From Lingula anatina (lineage: Eukaryota; Animalia; Brachiopoda): a stretch of 64,000 nucleotides of DNA. The DNA is taken from the NCBI GenBank assembly GCA_051362555.1, contig CM120646.1, positions 9,672,001 to 9,736,000 on the forward strand, in the 5' to 3' direction. Below are positions 25,561 through 39,147 of the stretch, piece after piece. The position numbers were made by a program, and so were the translations under genes. The notes below the pieces were generated by a model. It made no database searches. It was not told where the DNA came from and saw nothing but the letters and a program-made list of their open reading frames with translations. Each line of letters opens with the position of its first letter. Position 1 is the first letter of the stretch.

Positions 25561-28500
25561 CTAGAGTTAGAATAGAGCTAAAGGGAACAGAAGGTGAAAA
25601 ATGAAAAGGAATTCAACACACAAATATCTGTACATTATTTTCATTATTTATTGTTTCAACAAATTCCAAGTAATTTCAACGAAGTTTAATACAAAACAAA
25701 ATACGTGAAGTTACGTTTTTTCTACGTTGATAGCAACCATTACAATAGCGTCAAATTTCTAAAAAATTCTATAAATTATGCTTTTACAAAAAAATACAAG
25801 AAGCCTACCAGATAGTAGACTAACAAACACATATGAAGGATTTCATGCACTTTGGAAATTGCTGCTCAAACAACGAATTCTTTTTATTTATATAAAAGAG
25901 AATTTCGACATAATTCTAACCAAAACAAAATTCATATAAAAAATTGACCAGGAGTGGTAGATAAATTGAAAGGCCAATCATATCGTACTTTTCATGTCAA
26001 ATGTTCAAAGTTGACATAAATAATTCCATTGAGGAGCAAAGTGTCCAATTTCAGTGGTGTGAATGATATCGAAATTCCAAAATGCACATAATCTCACATC
26101 TAGGCGACTTCCCCTCACGTGCACTCGCACTCACGCACACCTTGTTCTATGCCGTCGTGCTGATTCTCGCACAGAAAAAGGTAGACAAAGATAGTCATTT
26201 TTAAGAATCGAGTGCTTTACGTTATTTTGTTTTCATTTTATTACATCCTTAATATTGGTAGGTTAATGGCACGACTTTGAGCGAAAACTTAAATTTGCAC
26301 ATATGCAAATCAGGAACGGCATAAAGACATGGTCAATTTCCAAGCTTATTCTAGTCATGACAAATATAGAAACAAAACTGAGAAGATTACGCAGAAAGAA
26401 AAACGGTGATTCATTTATACACAAATGCTAACACCCTTACTATGGTCTCCGGTGCTCTGTGATCAAGAAACACTTAGCAAAAATACCCCAAGAGGACGCG
26501 CGGGACTGGCATCTAATCAGACCTTTTTCTCTCAATCACCCCTCAATCACATCCAAAGAAATGCTAATTAATAATGCACTTCGAACAAGGTACATGGGTG
26601 AACGGAACTTCAGTGAATTATTTGGGACAACTCTTTAACCCCCCTGCCCTCCACCCCTCCCAAACAATGTTTTGTGATGGCTGAAGTAATCAATTTGAAA
26701 TGCATGGTAAATTTTGGAAATTAAAAATGGAAAGGTTATAACAAATTTCAGTTTCACATAGATATTTTTATGCATATGTACAAAGAAGTTTTTCCAGGGG
26801 AGCACTTACATTTCTGCTTTGCGATATTGCCAAAAAGTCGAACAACACACAAATGAGCTCATGCAATGCTGATAAATTTTGGTGGCCCCAAGAAGGGACA
26901 ATTTTTATCACGTTGGTAACATGTATTCCCCCTACTGCGATAACGAATGCGCAGTAATTTCGTGAAAATCCCTATTTCTCTCCTGGTTTCATTTTCTTAA
27001 CATCGTTTTAGACCCCTCCCAGCATAGTACATGTGTATCTGTCACTGATCAGACAAAATATCAAAACACCGAAACCAAAGTAAGTTCATTCTTAACATGC
27101 GTCACAAACGTATATCCACAATTAAAAAAGGATCGTTTTTTTATACCACGTGGACAAATTTTATCATTTTCCTAAAACTGTGATTTCCAAAGCATTATAA
27201 CTTGAAGAACAGTGATTGTAAGTTATTTTAAATTAACAACTTGTTCTTTTCTCAAACTTAACGGTCACTGTATGAAACTGTTTGTCTCTCAAAAGTGCTG
27301 GCGCAGTACTCTACCTAAAAATCGCATAATAATAATAATAATATTTGATAACTATCATTTTTGTTTTCATCCATCATTTCAGCAAAATACTTTTTGCATT
27401 AAAATTATTTTGTTAAAGGTGAACTCCAAAAAGTGCCGTATTTTTGTTTTAGAATTGATGGGTACTTCCTTCCGACACAATAATAAATATACATAATAAA
27501 TAAAATGCCTTGAAACGATGTGAGCGAATAGAGTACTGTACCACGATTTAGAAACAAGTCTATAATATATAACCAGCGACATGCAGGGTCGACGCCATTC
27601 ATTTCTTTCTTTTTCTCTGATCAGAAGTTTCGTTAAAAATTCTTGCTGCGTACAACAATTATTTTTATACACATTTTATGCAGAATATTACTATCCAAGG
27701 CAAAGATTACATTTCATAACAAATGTCAACCCTGTAAATAAACTACAAGACAAACTTCAACAAGCGAGACAATCTTGGCATGGGCGCAGGCGATGTCCAA
27801 CATGAATCTGATGTCTTTGATCAGCGACGCATCCAATCACCCGGTAAACAGCAGTTGGGGGCCACTGAAATAAACAAAGAAAATTACATTCACGACACGG
27901 TTTGATGAAGCAGTATGTGCATACCTTTACAGCATGCTATTTTGGAACACAAGGGATTATATTAACAAAACACTATTGTGCCATTCCTATTCTTTTCTAC
28001 CCTGTGCACACTGTTTAATGACAACATACTTCTTTGCATTAATACGTAAGATGCGATATGAAAGGACCAGTCTCCCGGATAACAGAAATATTCACGGAAA
28101 TGAAAGTCAGTGAATGAAAACATTTGGCAGATGGGCCCAATTAGTATAAATTTGACAGGATCTAAAAAAAGACATTAGGCACGTTTTCACTGACCCAGCC
28201 AGGGTTTTCAGGGGGAGGGGGTGAGGATACGAAGATACATTAACTGGATTTCGTCCAGTTTCGTTTCATGTACATTTTTTCCGCTTTTCATTTGTTCTTG
28301 TTCTTGTTTTGATTTGTTAATTTGGAAGAGAGAAGGGATACCTCTTAAATTAAGGGAAGGACACTGTACCCCCGCCCACCCCCCACCCACCCCTCACCTC
28401 CCCAACCTGGTCCCGTCGTTTCCAGGAATGCAATGACGCAATAGTTCAACATCTTGTTACTGAACGTGCATTTGTCTGTTTGAAGTTTACTTTCATATGC

Positions 28501-29418
28501 AACATATATATTTTTGATACCTTGAAAACAGGTCAATGACCTCGCCAATAAAACAATTAGGAGAATGTAGATACCTGCCCAGTCGTCTTACTTGTTGAAG
28601 ACTTGTTCAGACCTTTGGACAGCTGCAATAAGCCTCTCACTTCCTCATTGGAAAGTGCGTTCCCTCTCTGAAATTACAGAAAATAAATCATTCAAACTTT
28701 GAGCTGATTTTGACATTTTAATGGAGAGTGTATTGTACATAAGTGTAATGTCCCCACAGTCATAAGGACTAAAATGTCCCTGTGCGAAACGCATCATTTG
28801 GGCAAACGTCGTCAACACAAAATACACAACGTTATCTTATATCACCTATACAATACTACGACAGCTTCTTGTCATTTTCTGTGCTAAATTTTGTCCTACA
28901 TGTGGAAATTGGAGCAACGTACCAAGAACCTCTGTCTTCTCCATCTTCTACTGACCTTGGTCCTACCTGAACACCTCTCACCGAAATGCTCACCTGTATT
29001 GCATAATAATGTACAGGGCACCCGCTATTTGAACGCAAGTTTCGATTTAAACTTGCTTTTGTCATTTGATATGGCACAAGGGGTCTTAATCCCGGGATGG
29101 TAATTTAGGCTTTCTACCATCATAATGGCAAAACTAATAATATCTAATCAACCAATAAGTTTGATATCAAATTATTTGGCTATGTTTCACCCCCCCCCCA
29201 AAAAAAAGTCACCTTTACCGATTGTGTTAGAGAAGACAAGATGCGTTTTTTGTTTACCCGATTTGTATAGAACGTTAAAATTAGTGGCAGTGTTCATTAG
29301 GACCTAGAGTGAGTACAGCTTAGTTAACTGGAGCTGCCACAGATGTGTTTTATAAAGTACATAAAAACTCAGAATAGGTGTAAATGTCCTCACCTCCCTC
29401 GGGAGGATACAGCCCAGA

Positions 29419-29713
29419 GAGGGTACCATTGGGGGAGGGGGGGTGATCACAATTCACGGGAAATAAAATTATCAATTCACAAATCGCAGTAATTAAAACT
29501 TTATTCAAATTTCACTGAAAATGCGCGTCAAAAATCACGTTTCATGAATCACCGGGTATAACGACTTACTTTCACGAAAAACGGAGAATAAAAAAACTGC
29601 ATGTACGAGTCACAGGAAAGGGGTGCTTCACGCTAAATAAAATGAACGTGTCATGCATTTTGAGAAGTAAATAGTGGCTTTCTCAGGTAAGGAAAAAACC
29701 CAATGGCAGCCTC
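29419..29713. mobile_element. Old MITE with GAGG termini (Sola-like) and internal TTCACG-type repeats
   Basis: GAGGGTACCATTGGG / CCCAATGGCAGCCTC (12/15 match); TSD not preserved. Confidence 0.5.
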
Positions 29714-29865
29714 GTATGGGGGCTGAGAAAACTAGCGTACGAACAATACTGCCAAATGTTTCAATTACCTTTGCGAACGAAACTTCAGCTACAACTACTT
29801 ACTCTTAGAAGATCACTTTTGCAAAGTTGAGGATATTACCCCCCCCCCCCATGCACCAAATTAAA

Positions 29866-30447
29866 CTACCAGTCCAGACGCCTGAAAAACGCATGTTCTC
29901 AGTCTGTACCAGTATTTCAGAGTAAGGACGCATTTTCTGAAAGGGAACTTTCAAAATTTATATGATCATATTACATGTTTTTATGGAGCTTAGTATATAT
30001 TTGGGCGCAGATATCTCCGTATGTTTATTTTTCACAGAGCACAAGTCTTACTGAAGAATGAAGTAGCATTTGAGAGCTAGCAACGCTGCCAATGTTTGTA
30101 CGGTAATCCGCATCAAACTTGAAGGTCGCGTTGTAAATATAATGCTTTTTATAATAAATAACAAAGCGAATTTTTTTATTTATTCATTAAAATAGTAAAT
30201 TAATTTTTTGTCTTCCCCATGGCCCTCAGTTATGGTAATTGATGTTTAATTACAAGAAATAATTTTAATTGATTAAAAATAAATAAGGTGCCACCATTAG
30301 ATAGCATTTTCAAACTCTAGTCTAATTATTCTATCGGCACGTGCATTTATCGGTACCTGGGTTTAAAAAGGCGCGGGAACATAGAAGTATCGGGTCCAGT
30401 TATCTGTCAAGACGTATCTGTCGAGACGTACCTATCAGGACTGGTAG
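29866..30447. mobile_element. Possible MITE
   Basis: Perfect 10-bp inverted repeat CTACCAGTCC / GGACTGGTAG around an AT-rich core. Confidence 0.35.
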
Positions 30448-30647
30448 GAACTGAGACTTAATGGAGCTGCATAGAAAAATGTACTTTGCTTTCTACTATA
30501 TATATTAGTATGTCCGTTTTTTATCCAGGTAATGTACACTCAAAAATCAAAAGTCAAAGGATTATATTGGCATTTTCAAGCCAGTCTTTAGCTCTTTCGT
30601 CTAACGACTTGCGTGAGTCCAACCCTGGGCACTGATGCAGCTGACAA

Positions 30648-31018
30648 GTCTCTGCGATGTGGTTGGCTGTTTGTAGGGGGGCACCACACTCGCATGCTTT
30701 CTGCTAACTAAAGGTGACAAAAGTGTTGTGATAGACAGGTACCAATCAAACTCATACGGTTTAATTCAATTTTGACGGAAGCTGCCAAAAGCACACGACT
30801 TTGATTGACAGTTTTATAAACAAACGTCAGTCACAATCATTACGCAGTTGATAACTACAGTTGTCGAACATGTGAAGTGCCAGCTTCCTTCACCATTTGA
30901 TTGACAACGAGCCAATCAAATCATTCAGTTTTGACAGATCCCGTCAGGTAATAACAGCTTGATTGATAGGTTATATAAACAGACGTCAATTGTGATAGGG
31001 ACAAGCAGGCGCAGAGAC
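30648..31018. mobile_element. Possible MITE with an internal 170-bp direct duplication carrying CCAAT motifs
   Basis: GTCTCTGCG / CGCAGAGAC ends. CCAATCAAA...TTTTGAC...TTGATTGA.AG...TATAAACA.ACGTCA occurs at 30742 and 30912. Confidence 0.4.
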
Positions 31019-31382
31019 AAAAAATCCCCATCTGAGGTTTTGGTCGTCTTAATCCATCCCTTTAGGTCAAATTATTAAATTTCCCATTACTAAAGCTCAG
31101 TTTTTACCCATTATTTTATCTTATTTGTTATTTTTTCCGTACCGTGTTATTTGCTGTGCGTGGGAAGTTGCGTGCGTACCTCACATCGCTTGACCGTTCA
31201 GCAATTTCTCTCCTACAAAGTTGTTTAGTTTATTTCAGTCTTATCACTGGTGCATACATTTAAATTATCGGCATATATAAGAAATGGCAGTAAATAAAAA
31301 TATACTTTATAAAGTTTCAAAAATTTTCAAACTTATTAAGTACTGCTAAAATTTATTATTGAAAATTGTTTTTTATTACTTT

Positions 31383-31915
31383 CATCTACATGACTTTATT
31401 CTTTTTCCTGTCACAAGAGACAGTCTTTCAAGAATACATCTTTAACGGTCTAGTTTGTTCCTGTTATTTCAAAGCATTTCCCATGAGGAAATATAATCTT
31501 TGTTCCTTTTTTTCGAAAAATCTTTTTAAAAATTAAAAGAAGTTCCACTATGCATTCATCCCGGAATTTCTTCAATTAATGTTGTCTTGAAGATGACACC
31601 TAGCTTCACCACCCCATATTTTCCTCCCTATTGTGTCTTTCTACACTGAGCGGGAGTGGAGGGGGGGGGGGAGGTGATGTTTCCACATTCCTTTGTACAT
31701 GGTATTCAATACTGACAAAATTAATTCTTGAAAAAGTGTTCTTATTATTTACACCTACATCTGTACATGGCTTCATTCTTTGTTTTTTCATGTCACAAGA
31801 GGCAGTCTTTCAAGAATATATCTGTAACAGTTTGTTCCTGTTATTTGCAAACATTATCCCCTAGGAAATATAATCATTCTTCCTCTTTTTACAAAATCTT
31901 TTTTTTTTCAAAGAA
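31383..31915. repeat. Diverged ~150-bp direct duplication (31383-31525 and 31758-31915)
   Basis: TGTCACAAGAGRCAGTCTTTCAAGAATA..TCT.TAAC...GTTTGTTCCTGTTATTT...GGAAATATAATC present twice. Confidence 0.8.
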
Positions 31916-32271
31916 ATCGTTGAGAATAGAGAATTGTGAAAAGTTCTTATGTACTGTAGCTACTGTCATGGTAAGGCTTTAAGGGACGCGGTGGCGTCCC
32001 GAACTTAAGCAGTAGGGAATAAAAGTGTTTGGAAATCCAAGACTCTTGTTGCTTACTTCTTCTCGATCGGTGAACATCAAATCGAACCTCACAACTCAAC
32101 AATTTTGCATCTTCATTCTATCTCCGTTTCTTATCTTCTATCTTTCTCTTATTAACCTATTTGGGGGCGAGGGACAATAATCTAACCAAACCGAAATGGT
32201 GCAAACCGTAACATGTTGCGTTGTGTTCGATGTTAATACTTAATAAAAAAAAAGCCACAATGTATATTCTT

Positions 32272-32509
32272 CAGGAGCGGATCCAGGATTATTTTAAGGG
32301 GGGTCCGGTTTTTTAGGACTTACAGGCCGCGGATGCTTTGACAGGCCCCCGTGGCGTGGGGCTCGGTATTTTGGAGGGCGAACGGTGCCTTTCGGTACTG
32401 TTTAGAACTATGATTCAGCAAGTCAAAATTCCAATTTCAAGTGGGGATTTTTGTTTAGAAATTGAAGGGGTTCAGGACCCCCCTGACACCCCTCTTAAAT
32501 CCGCCACTG
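32272..32509. mobile_element. hAT-like MITE
   Basis: TIRs CAGGAGCGGATCCAGG / TAAATCCGCCACTG; TTCTT on both flanks. A related end (CCTGGATCTGCCACT) is at ~51640. Confidence 0.75.
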
Positions 32510-32570
32510 TTCTTACACAGCATTTTTACTTGATATCTTATTAGATTATATTTTTTCCATATTATTTCAG

Positions 32571-32572
<2 letters not shown>

Positions 32573-32608
<36 letters not shown>
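32573..32608. repeat. (AAT)n microsatellite
   Basis: Direct reading. Confidence 0.95.
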
Positions 32609-32609
<1 letters not shown>

Positions 32610-33289
32610 AATAAACAGATATGTGCTTGGCACTTCAGATCAATCGAGTGTAACTCATTATATAAGATAAATTACATTAAGAAGAGTTCATTGCACTATA
32701 GGCAAACGCGGCCACAAAAAGCTACTGTATATTCGGCTGAGTGGGCGACCGAGAGATATTCAAATAAAGCATATTAGTGAATTAGTAGCGTTGTCTTGAG
32801 TTGTTTTCTGCACAGTAGATATTAAGATAATTAATATTTTCCGCGTTTCCTTAGTATAGTGGAAAATTATTGTATTCACGGTTTGTGATGTAAAATAAGG
32901 CACGTGGAGATGTTTGGGTGGTACAGTTACGAGTAGTAGTTCAATGCACGACCAATGAAGATTGGCGTGGGTGGTATAAATGGGAGGATACAGGTACTCT
33001 GTTTATTTCTGGGCTTGATGAAAACTGTTATAGTATATATATATATATAAAGTTATAGTAGTTACGGTAAAAATGTAAATACAGTTTATTTGTTTAATAA
33101 AGAATCGGCGTCTAGTAACATCAGCGGGGTTTCGGTTCGATTTAATTTTGAAGAAAATATAGTGTATACCCAATAGTTTTCCGTACCTAGGGTTATTGTT
33201 AAATCACAATGGCAAGTTCCATACCACACACAAAGCCATAGCTGATCAGGGAAGTGAAGCAATTGTTGGCAGTAAAATATCAGTAGAGA

Positions 33290-34080
33290 CGTACTCTCAA
33301 ATGTAGAAACTGAACTTTTTCTCTTTGATACATATGTGTTACCGAACCTGAACTATGGAAGCGAAGTCTGGCGGTTTCATAAATCGTCAGATATACATCT
33401 GCAATATTGTAAATTGATCTTGGGAGTAAAACCCGCTTTACGCTGGACGGCGTCCTTTTTGCGTCCTTTGTGCGACCATGAAACTTGTCAGGTTGCTGTT
33501 GGACGCTCAAAGAACACGGAGGTCTTTTAGATCGCACACAGAATGTTCAAGCATCGTTCATCGGTCTAGCAGGAGGCAGAAATATCTAAGAATGACAGCC
33601 ACTAAACGTCGATGAAGGTACAGAACCCTTGAACACCGTAGGTTGTGCAGGGGAACGTACAGGGGAGGCAGGCGGGTAGCTCAATGGACGCACAGGTCGC
33701 TCGCTATTTTACCAGTAAAACCTATATTCGGTCGTTTAAAGAAGGCACAAGGGACGAAGAAGGATTTACACTGAGGCACGATTTAATTGCTTTGGCGACA
33801 ATTGAGCTTCTTGACCACATTATTGATTGTAGAAGGGACGCTTGAAAAGACGTCGTCCAGTGTAAAGGGGACTTAATTTAAAGTAACAAAGCTGTGCCGT
33901 CTACTGTTTATAATAAATTAAGGTGATTCCCACTAAAATACTACAGAATGATTACCATTGAGAAGTATTGTATTAGGCTATTTAGAACTTTATTTTAAGA
34001 GGGATCTATGACATTTCATGCAATGGGTTTGCCATGTTGGGGTGTTGGGAATTAACAAGGGTTTTTCAAAAGATATTTAA
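33290..34080 (+). mobile_element. Degenerate non-LTR retrotransposon fragment (region C-terminal to RT), split by a MITE
   Basis: LFDTYVLPNLNYGSEVW...HLQYCKLILGV before the MITE and TVYNKLR*FPLKYYRMITIEKYCIRL after it, fitting the LxYGSEVWG...VYGELGRxPL signature of invertebrate LINEs. Clade not determined. Confidence 0.75.
33430..33873. mobile_element. PIF/Harbinger-type MITE
   Basis: ~25-bp TIRs CCCGCTTTACGCTGGACGGCGTC / GACGTCGTCCAGTGTAAAGGGG; TAA at 33427-33429 and 33874-33876. Confidence 0.85.
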
Positions 34081-34771
34081 GGTTGAGCATTATAACGCAA
34101 GCAAAGGACACATTTTGCCTGCACTAAGTAAAATATTTATTTGATTTTTCAATCAACAACCACTTTCATTGTGTGACCTCGCTGGACAAGCAGCAGGTTA
34201 TATGATATAAAAACAGTACAAGTGGGTTTTACTCTTTTTGAAAAATATTACTTGGAAAAAATTCATTATTAATAAATTAAAATTATAAATGTCAGTTGGT
34301 CCCGTATATAACTGCTAATAACGCATGAAATTATTCTTGTTGGTCCGTGATCGAACCATATCACATTGCAGCAAGCCGCCAATAAACTAGCAGCGTTTCT
34401 TATTTAATATATTATGATCAATTAATAATTCCTAAGTTTGACTACCATAAATTTCTCGGGATTAAGATGGCATGTGTATTACATATTCAAAAAATCAATA
34501 ACCTTCTTCATATTTAATATTTGAAACCTTCTGGTCATTTTAATCATTTGTTGTTATATTTTGGTCAATTTTATTATCTTGAAGCACCGTAATAATCAAA
34601 ACATGCATTTCATTCCCAAATAATTTTTCTAGTTTTCTTGGATCTGCGCATCTAACATTCATCTGTCAAAATCAAAGCCGGCACAGATCAGATATCGCAT
34701 GTACCGTCATCAGCACTTTAGTGCTTGCATCTATAGCATTGCTTATAATATCTTAGAAAATAAAACAATGT

Positions 34772-35109
34772 CTAATTGAATGCCTGATTGCTAAATGCAT
34801 GTCTCCCAGGTGGAAATGAAGTCTCATTCTCACTATCCGCCGAGGCATTAATGTCCTCATTGTCGCCGATGTCTCCTTCCGTGACGTATTTGTTTGCCCC
34901 CACAGATGTCATCTGGTGTGTGTAGGCCATGGGGGACGACCTACGGGGATGTTCTGGCATTGAGCCGACTTTATATTTCTGTCCCCAGATACAGCGATAG
35001 GCAACAACAGCAATAAGGCACACTGCCACCACTCCACCAACTGCGCCTGCGCCGGCCTTGAAGCCCACTGTCTGGTACCATGGTTCTTATGGGGACTTTA
35101 CCACCGTTG
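34772..35109 (-). pseudogene. Last coding exon: TM helix and cytoplasmic tail
   Basis: Acceptor ...TTTACTTCAG. AGAGAVGGVVAVCLIAVVAY followed by basic residues; tail ends FSNQAFN. Premature TAA at 35087-35089. Confidence 0.8.
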
Positions 35110-35827
35110 CTGAAGTAAAGAGAATATAATTTGTTTCATTTACTTGCGGTAATCTTTTTCTGTACATCATCCTCGGTTCATCTTCTTTATTTTTTTCATT
35201 TTTTTTGGGTTATTTTACTTTTTTCTTAGCTTGGCATGTCCCCAAATAGGTTAATTGTAAATATACATGTATATGTTCAGAAAACATACAGGTATTGCAC
35301 GCATAACTAAGGAATTAGTAATACGTGCAAAACGTATTTGAAAAACGTATTATTATAAAATTACCCTATTAGCCTATACATCACTGGGCGTGGAAATTAC
35401 TATTGTGAGGTATGACACATTATGATATGCATCACACCTATTCCTTTTCTATACACTTACTCATATTATAGCGTTACTGATGCGATGCTTTGAAGCTTTC
35501 TATCAAACACAATATTATTAAAATAAAATACATCATAATGATTAAATTAATTCTACTAGACATAACTTCTTGTTTCTTGATGCGTTTTACAAGTCTCTTC
35601 CTGACCAAAGAAGACTTGAAATCGTGACTGCGATACATTTGTTTATTACCAAGACTGATAATGGTTAGGCCACAACCGTCAGAGGAATGTTTGGTGGTGA
35701 AGCGTGGCGAGAGAAAGGAGGATAAATGCTATACAGTACGCAACTTTGACTATCATACAAAACAGAGTGCTCCAGAAGAGCAATCTAGTGCATACAGTAA
35801 ACGGGTGTTTTGTAAGCCTATAGCTAC

Positions 35828-35917
35828 CTTTCTGGTCACAGGCTGTCCCTTCCCAGCCCACAATACACACACAGAAACCGCTGTCACACACACCATTGAC
35901 GCAGGCACCACAGGAAC
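35828..35917 (-). pseudogene. Membrane-proximal EGF-like exon
   Basis: SCGACVNGVCDSGFCVCIVGWEGTACDQ, bounded by AG and GT. Confidence 0.85.
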
Positions 35918-36171
35918 CTGTATGAACCGGAGTGATATTGGCGTAAGTATTGTCACTTGTATTATAATTCAAACCACATCTATATTTATATAAATTATTA
36001 TTATTATTATTATTATTGCACAGAGCAGTGGATGTCGCAGTTTCATAAGGTACATGTTTAGAAACAAAGTGGAAATAGAAAAAAGTGGAAAAAAGATCTT
36101 TTATTTATGATTTTATAATATCCATTAATATTCTCAGTTTTATCAATCAGTTATTATATCTGGTTGTGCCA

Positions 36172-36176
<5 letters not shown>

Positions 36177-36222
<46 letters not shown>
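36177..36222. repeat. (TA)n microsatellite (also (TTA)n ~35995-36017 and (TA)n ~36360-36380)
   Basis: Direct reading. Confidence 0.95.
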
Positions 36223-36225
<3 letters not shown>

Positions 36226-36389
36226 TTTTTTCCAACTCTCTACGTGCTACTAGACTGTGAAACTGCACATGTACAAAGTATGTTAGCGTTTTAATACGGA
36301 ATATTTATTAATTTTTATTTAAGACAGGCAGATAAGGCAAGGAGTGGTGTTGGAAATTCTATATATATATATATATATATTAATACTCA

Positions 36390-38900
36390 CTTAATTCGTA
36401 TGTTTCTTGGTTGGAGAAAGTGATATCTTTCGTGACCACGATGTCATAGACACACTCCTGCAGTAATACGCCCTCCAGTCCTTTCCCCTGACATACCGTC
36501 TCTGCAGCCTGAATATTGGGGTATTGACGGTATAGCATTAAAGAGGTTGCAAATGTTAATGTCACCTACTCGGGCTCATCTTTACACCTCACCGACTATG
36601 CTACTAATTTTGATAATCCAATCATTTGGAATTACCACATGTATCTATTTTCCTTGAATGTACTGGGGTATTTGGAAATAACTTCAAGAGCTTTCTAAAA
36701 CTATGCGGTAATGTAAAGCACAAGTGAAGCAATTACAACAATAAGTGTCCGAGACAACACTACTTTATCAGAAAATAAATCAGATAATAAGTCTTCTTGA
36801 AACAGAGCGGTTTCATATAAAGTATCTAATCAGATTGTTTACCATACGTTTACAGCATAATTCTGTATTGATGTACCAGTGTGACATTGCGTATTTGTGG
36901 TGGACACAGTCATTTTGACCGCAATGGCTATGCGTTATAAATAGGTAAAAGGGCACTGACCTTCATCTCAGCCTGTGACACGTTACAGGGCCGTAGACCG
37001 GATTGTATAGACTGGGGTCGGTGAAGGACGGGTCCATGATGTCATCAGCGTGGAAGTTTGAACTGTCCCAGGACCAACTTCCGTATAATCCAGAACCAGA
37101 AAATGAAGTACTAATTCTCCCTGTGGAGATAACGACAAATGTTTAAAATGTTTTCAAAGGAGCAAATGGTTGAATATTCTTTCTAAACACGCTAAAGAAT
37201 ATTGCATATTAATTACAAGCCTATATACAGTCTACAAACCATATGGTGTTTCATCTCCATACTCTGAATTTCAAGAATAAATATGTAATCAAGCTCATCA
37301 GTACATTGATCATTCTCTCTAATAGTTGCTGTATTATTTTTTCCTTATGACTCACATGACTCGGCATATTCCACTGCATTGTCCTTGGTGACCAGGGTGC
37401 CATTGGCCATGGTGAAATCGTTGTCCTGGTTATCGTCCATCAGCCCGCACAGTCCAGACGTCTGCCCCTTAAAACTGGAAGTTAGACCAGAACGCACGTT
37501 AAGGAAGAGGCGCCCCATCACTGGACTGAACCGGACGTCTACTGTGACAGATACACCTAAGGGGAAATAAAGCGTTGACACAATCAGTGCCAATCACCAC
37601 AGGCGTGAGGAAAGGAAAGGGGTAACTATTCAGATAATGGGAAAAAATTAATGGGACTTTGCTCTGCCGCTCTATATATAGCGGAACACATACCAGTTAT
37701 CAACTCACAGTCTATATCACATCCAGTGGCTATCGTGCATGAGGATATTTTCTTCAAATTACACGCCTTAGGGTGAAATAACATAAATATAACAGTATAC
37801 ATACCGGTGTCATACTGGATTGCAATCATCATCACGGCACCAGTGGCGTTGTTCCTGACTTTAGCAATGTCTACAATGACGGTGTCGTTGTTAAGCGTCA
37901 ATCTTGTGTTGTTTTTGGTTATGCTCTGGACTAGCCCGTCAATTCTAAGTAAAAAAGAATTGTGATCTAAACGTACGTATATGCGTTTTATATGCCAGAT
38001 ATACGGGCTTTTCTATATTACCGAGATTTTCATGGGACATGCAGTAAGACGTCTGCAATGATATCTCATTAATTTCTTAAAACAATACATCCATTCGTTT
38101 CATTGACCATGTGATTGATAAAACAAGTGCAACCATCATGCTGTTTCTTAGATCCAAAGTTTGATAGTATATTTCCCCATTTTATGTCATATTATTCAAG
38201 GCAATATTACTAGTACACTTTCTACATTCCCAATTCACCTTCAAGTAGGAAGGGTGGTCTCAGTAGCATTGGCTGGTGTAGTAATGGTGGCCACACTGTG
38301 GCCGACCTTGACCGCGGCGGCACCGACCAGTGACGCTTGTTTATAGCCAAAGAACCTGACTTGCACGCCAAAGTCGTTAGCTGTACTCATACAGTCCCAG
38401 AACTCTCCGATACCATGGTAGTCGTAGGATATACCTTAGGAAACCACGAATTCTTGCAGTAAGTTATATCATTACTTTAGCAAACATGGTGCACAACGGT
38501 TATTTCATTTCACGGTGATTGCTTTCCTTTGTTTTTCGAGACGGTATGATTAGATCAGGAAATAAACACCGATGCATACTAAATCGCCGAATAATTGCAA
38601 AGAAAAATTATATTAATACTCTCAAATATACACGTATGTTACACATGTGATTCAAAGAGCTGCAGTACATTACGCCTTTCCAAACATTTTGAAAAACATG
38701 TCTAAAGATAAAATGAGTTAAATTCGATGAGAAATGTTGACGATGTTCACCCACCATCTGCTGTCTGTAAGTGAGGATCACCTCCAACGTTTCTGGGTAC
38801 TCTGACATTACAACAGACGCCGGCCCAGAATCGGGAACACACACACCTGGAGCTACAGAAGTACAACTGAGTGGTGCAAACACCATTGCCGAAACATTCT
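36390..38900 (-). pseudogene. Exons for EGF + von Willebrand factor D domain and following Cys-containing segment
   Basis: CFGNGVC...CVCSRFWAGVCC...GGDPHLQTAD|GISYDYHGIGEFW...; FKGQTSGLCGLMDDNQDNDF...EYAES|WR; ECVYDIVVT. These are the GDPH and TxGLCGxxDxxxxND VWD hallmarks. Confidence 0.88.
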
Positions 38901-39147
38901 GAAACACAATAGGGGTGTTTGTAATGTTAAAGGTCCTACCAACGACTGTTTGTATGAATTCAGTGGCTAGATTATAGAACATTTAGCAGACATAAGACAC
39001 AACCAAATAATGAAGTTGATATATAATGATAAATAATTTAAAGGAAAACATTTGTACAAAATAACAAATTGAAAATAAGTGTCTATTTTGCCAGTGAATT
39101 CAAGCCAGCCTATGGTGCATTTACATTTAAATTCGGTGCGATTCACC

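Noticed and set aside
28923-28966. Additional 44-nt orphan exon
   Set aside because: The acceptor lacks a pyrimidine tract and the implied upstream intron would be under 30 nt.
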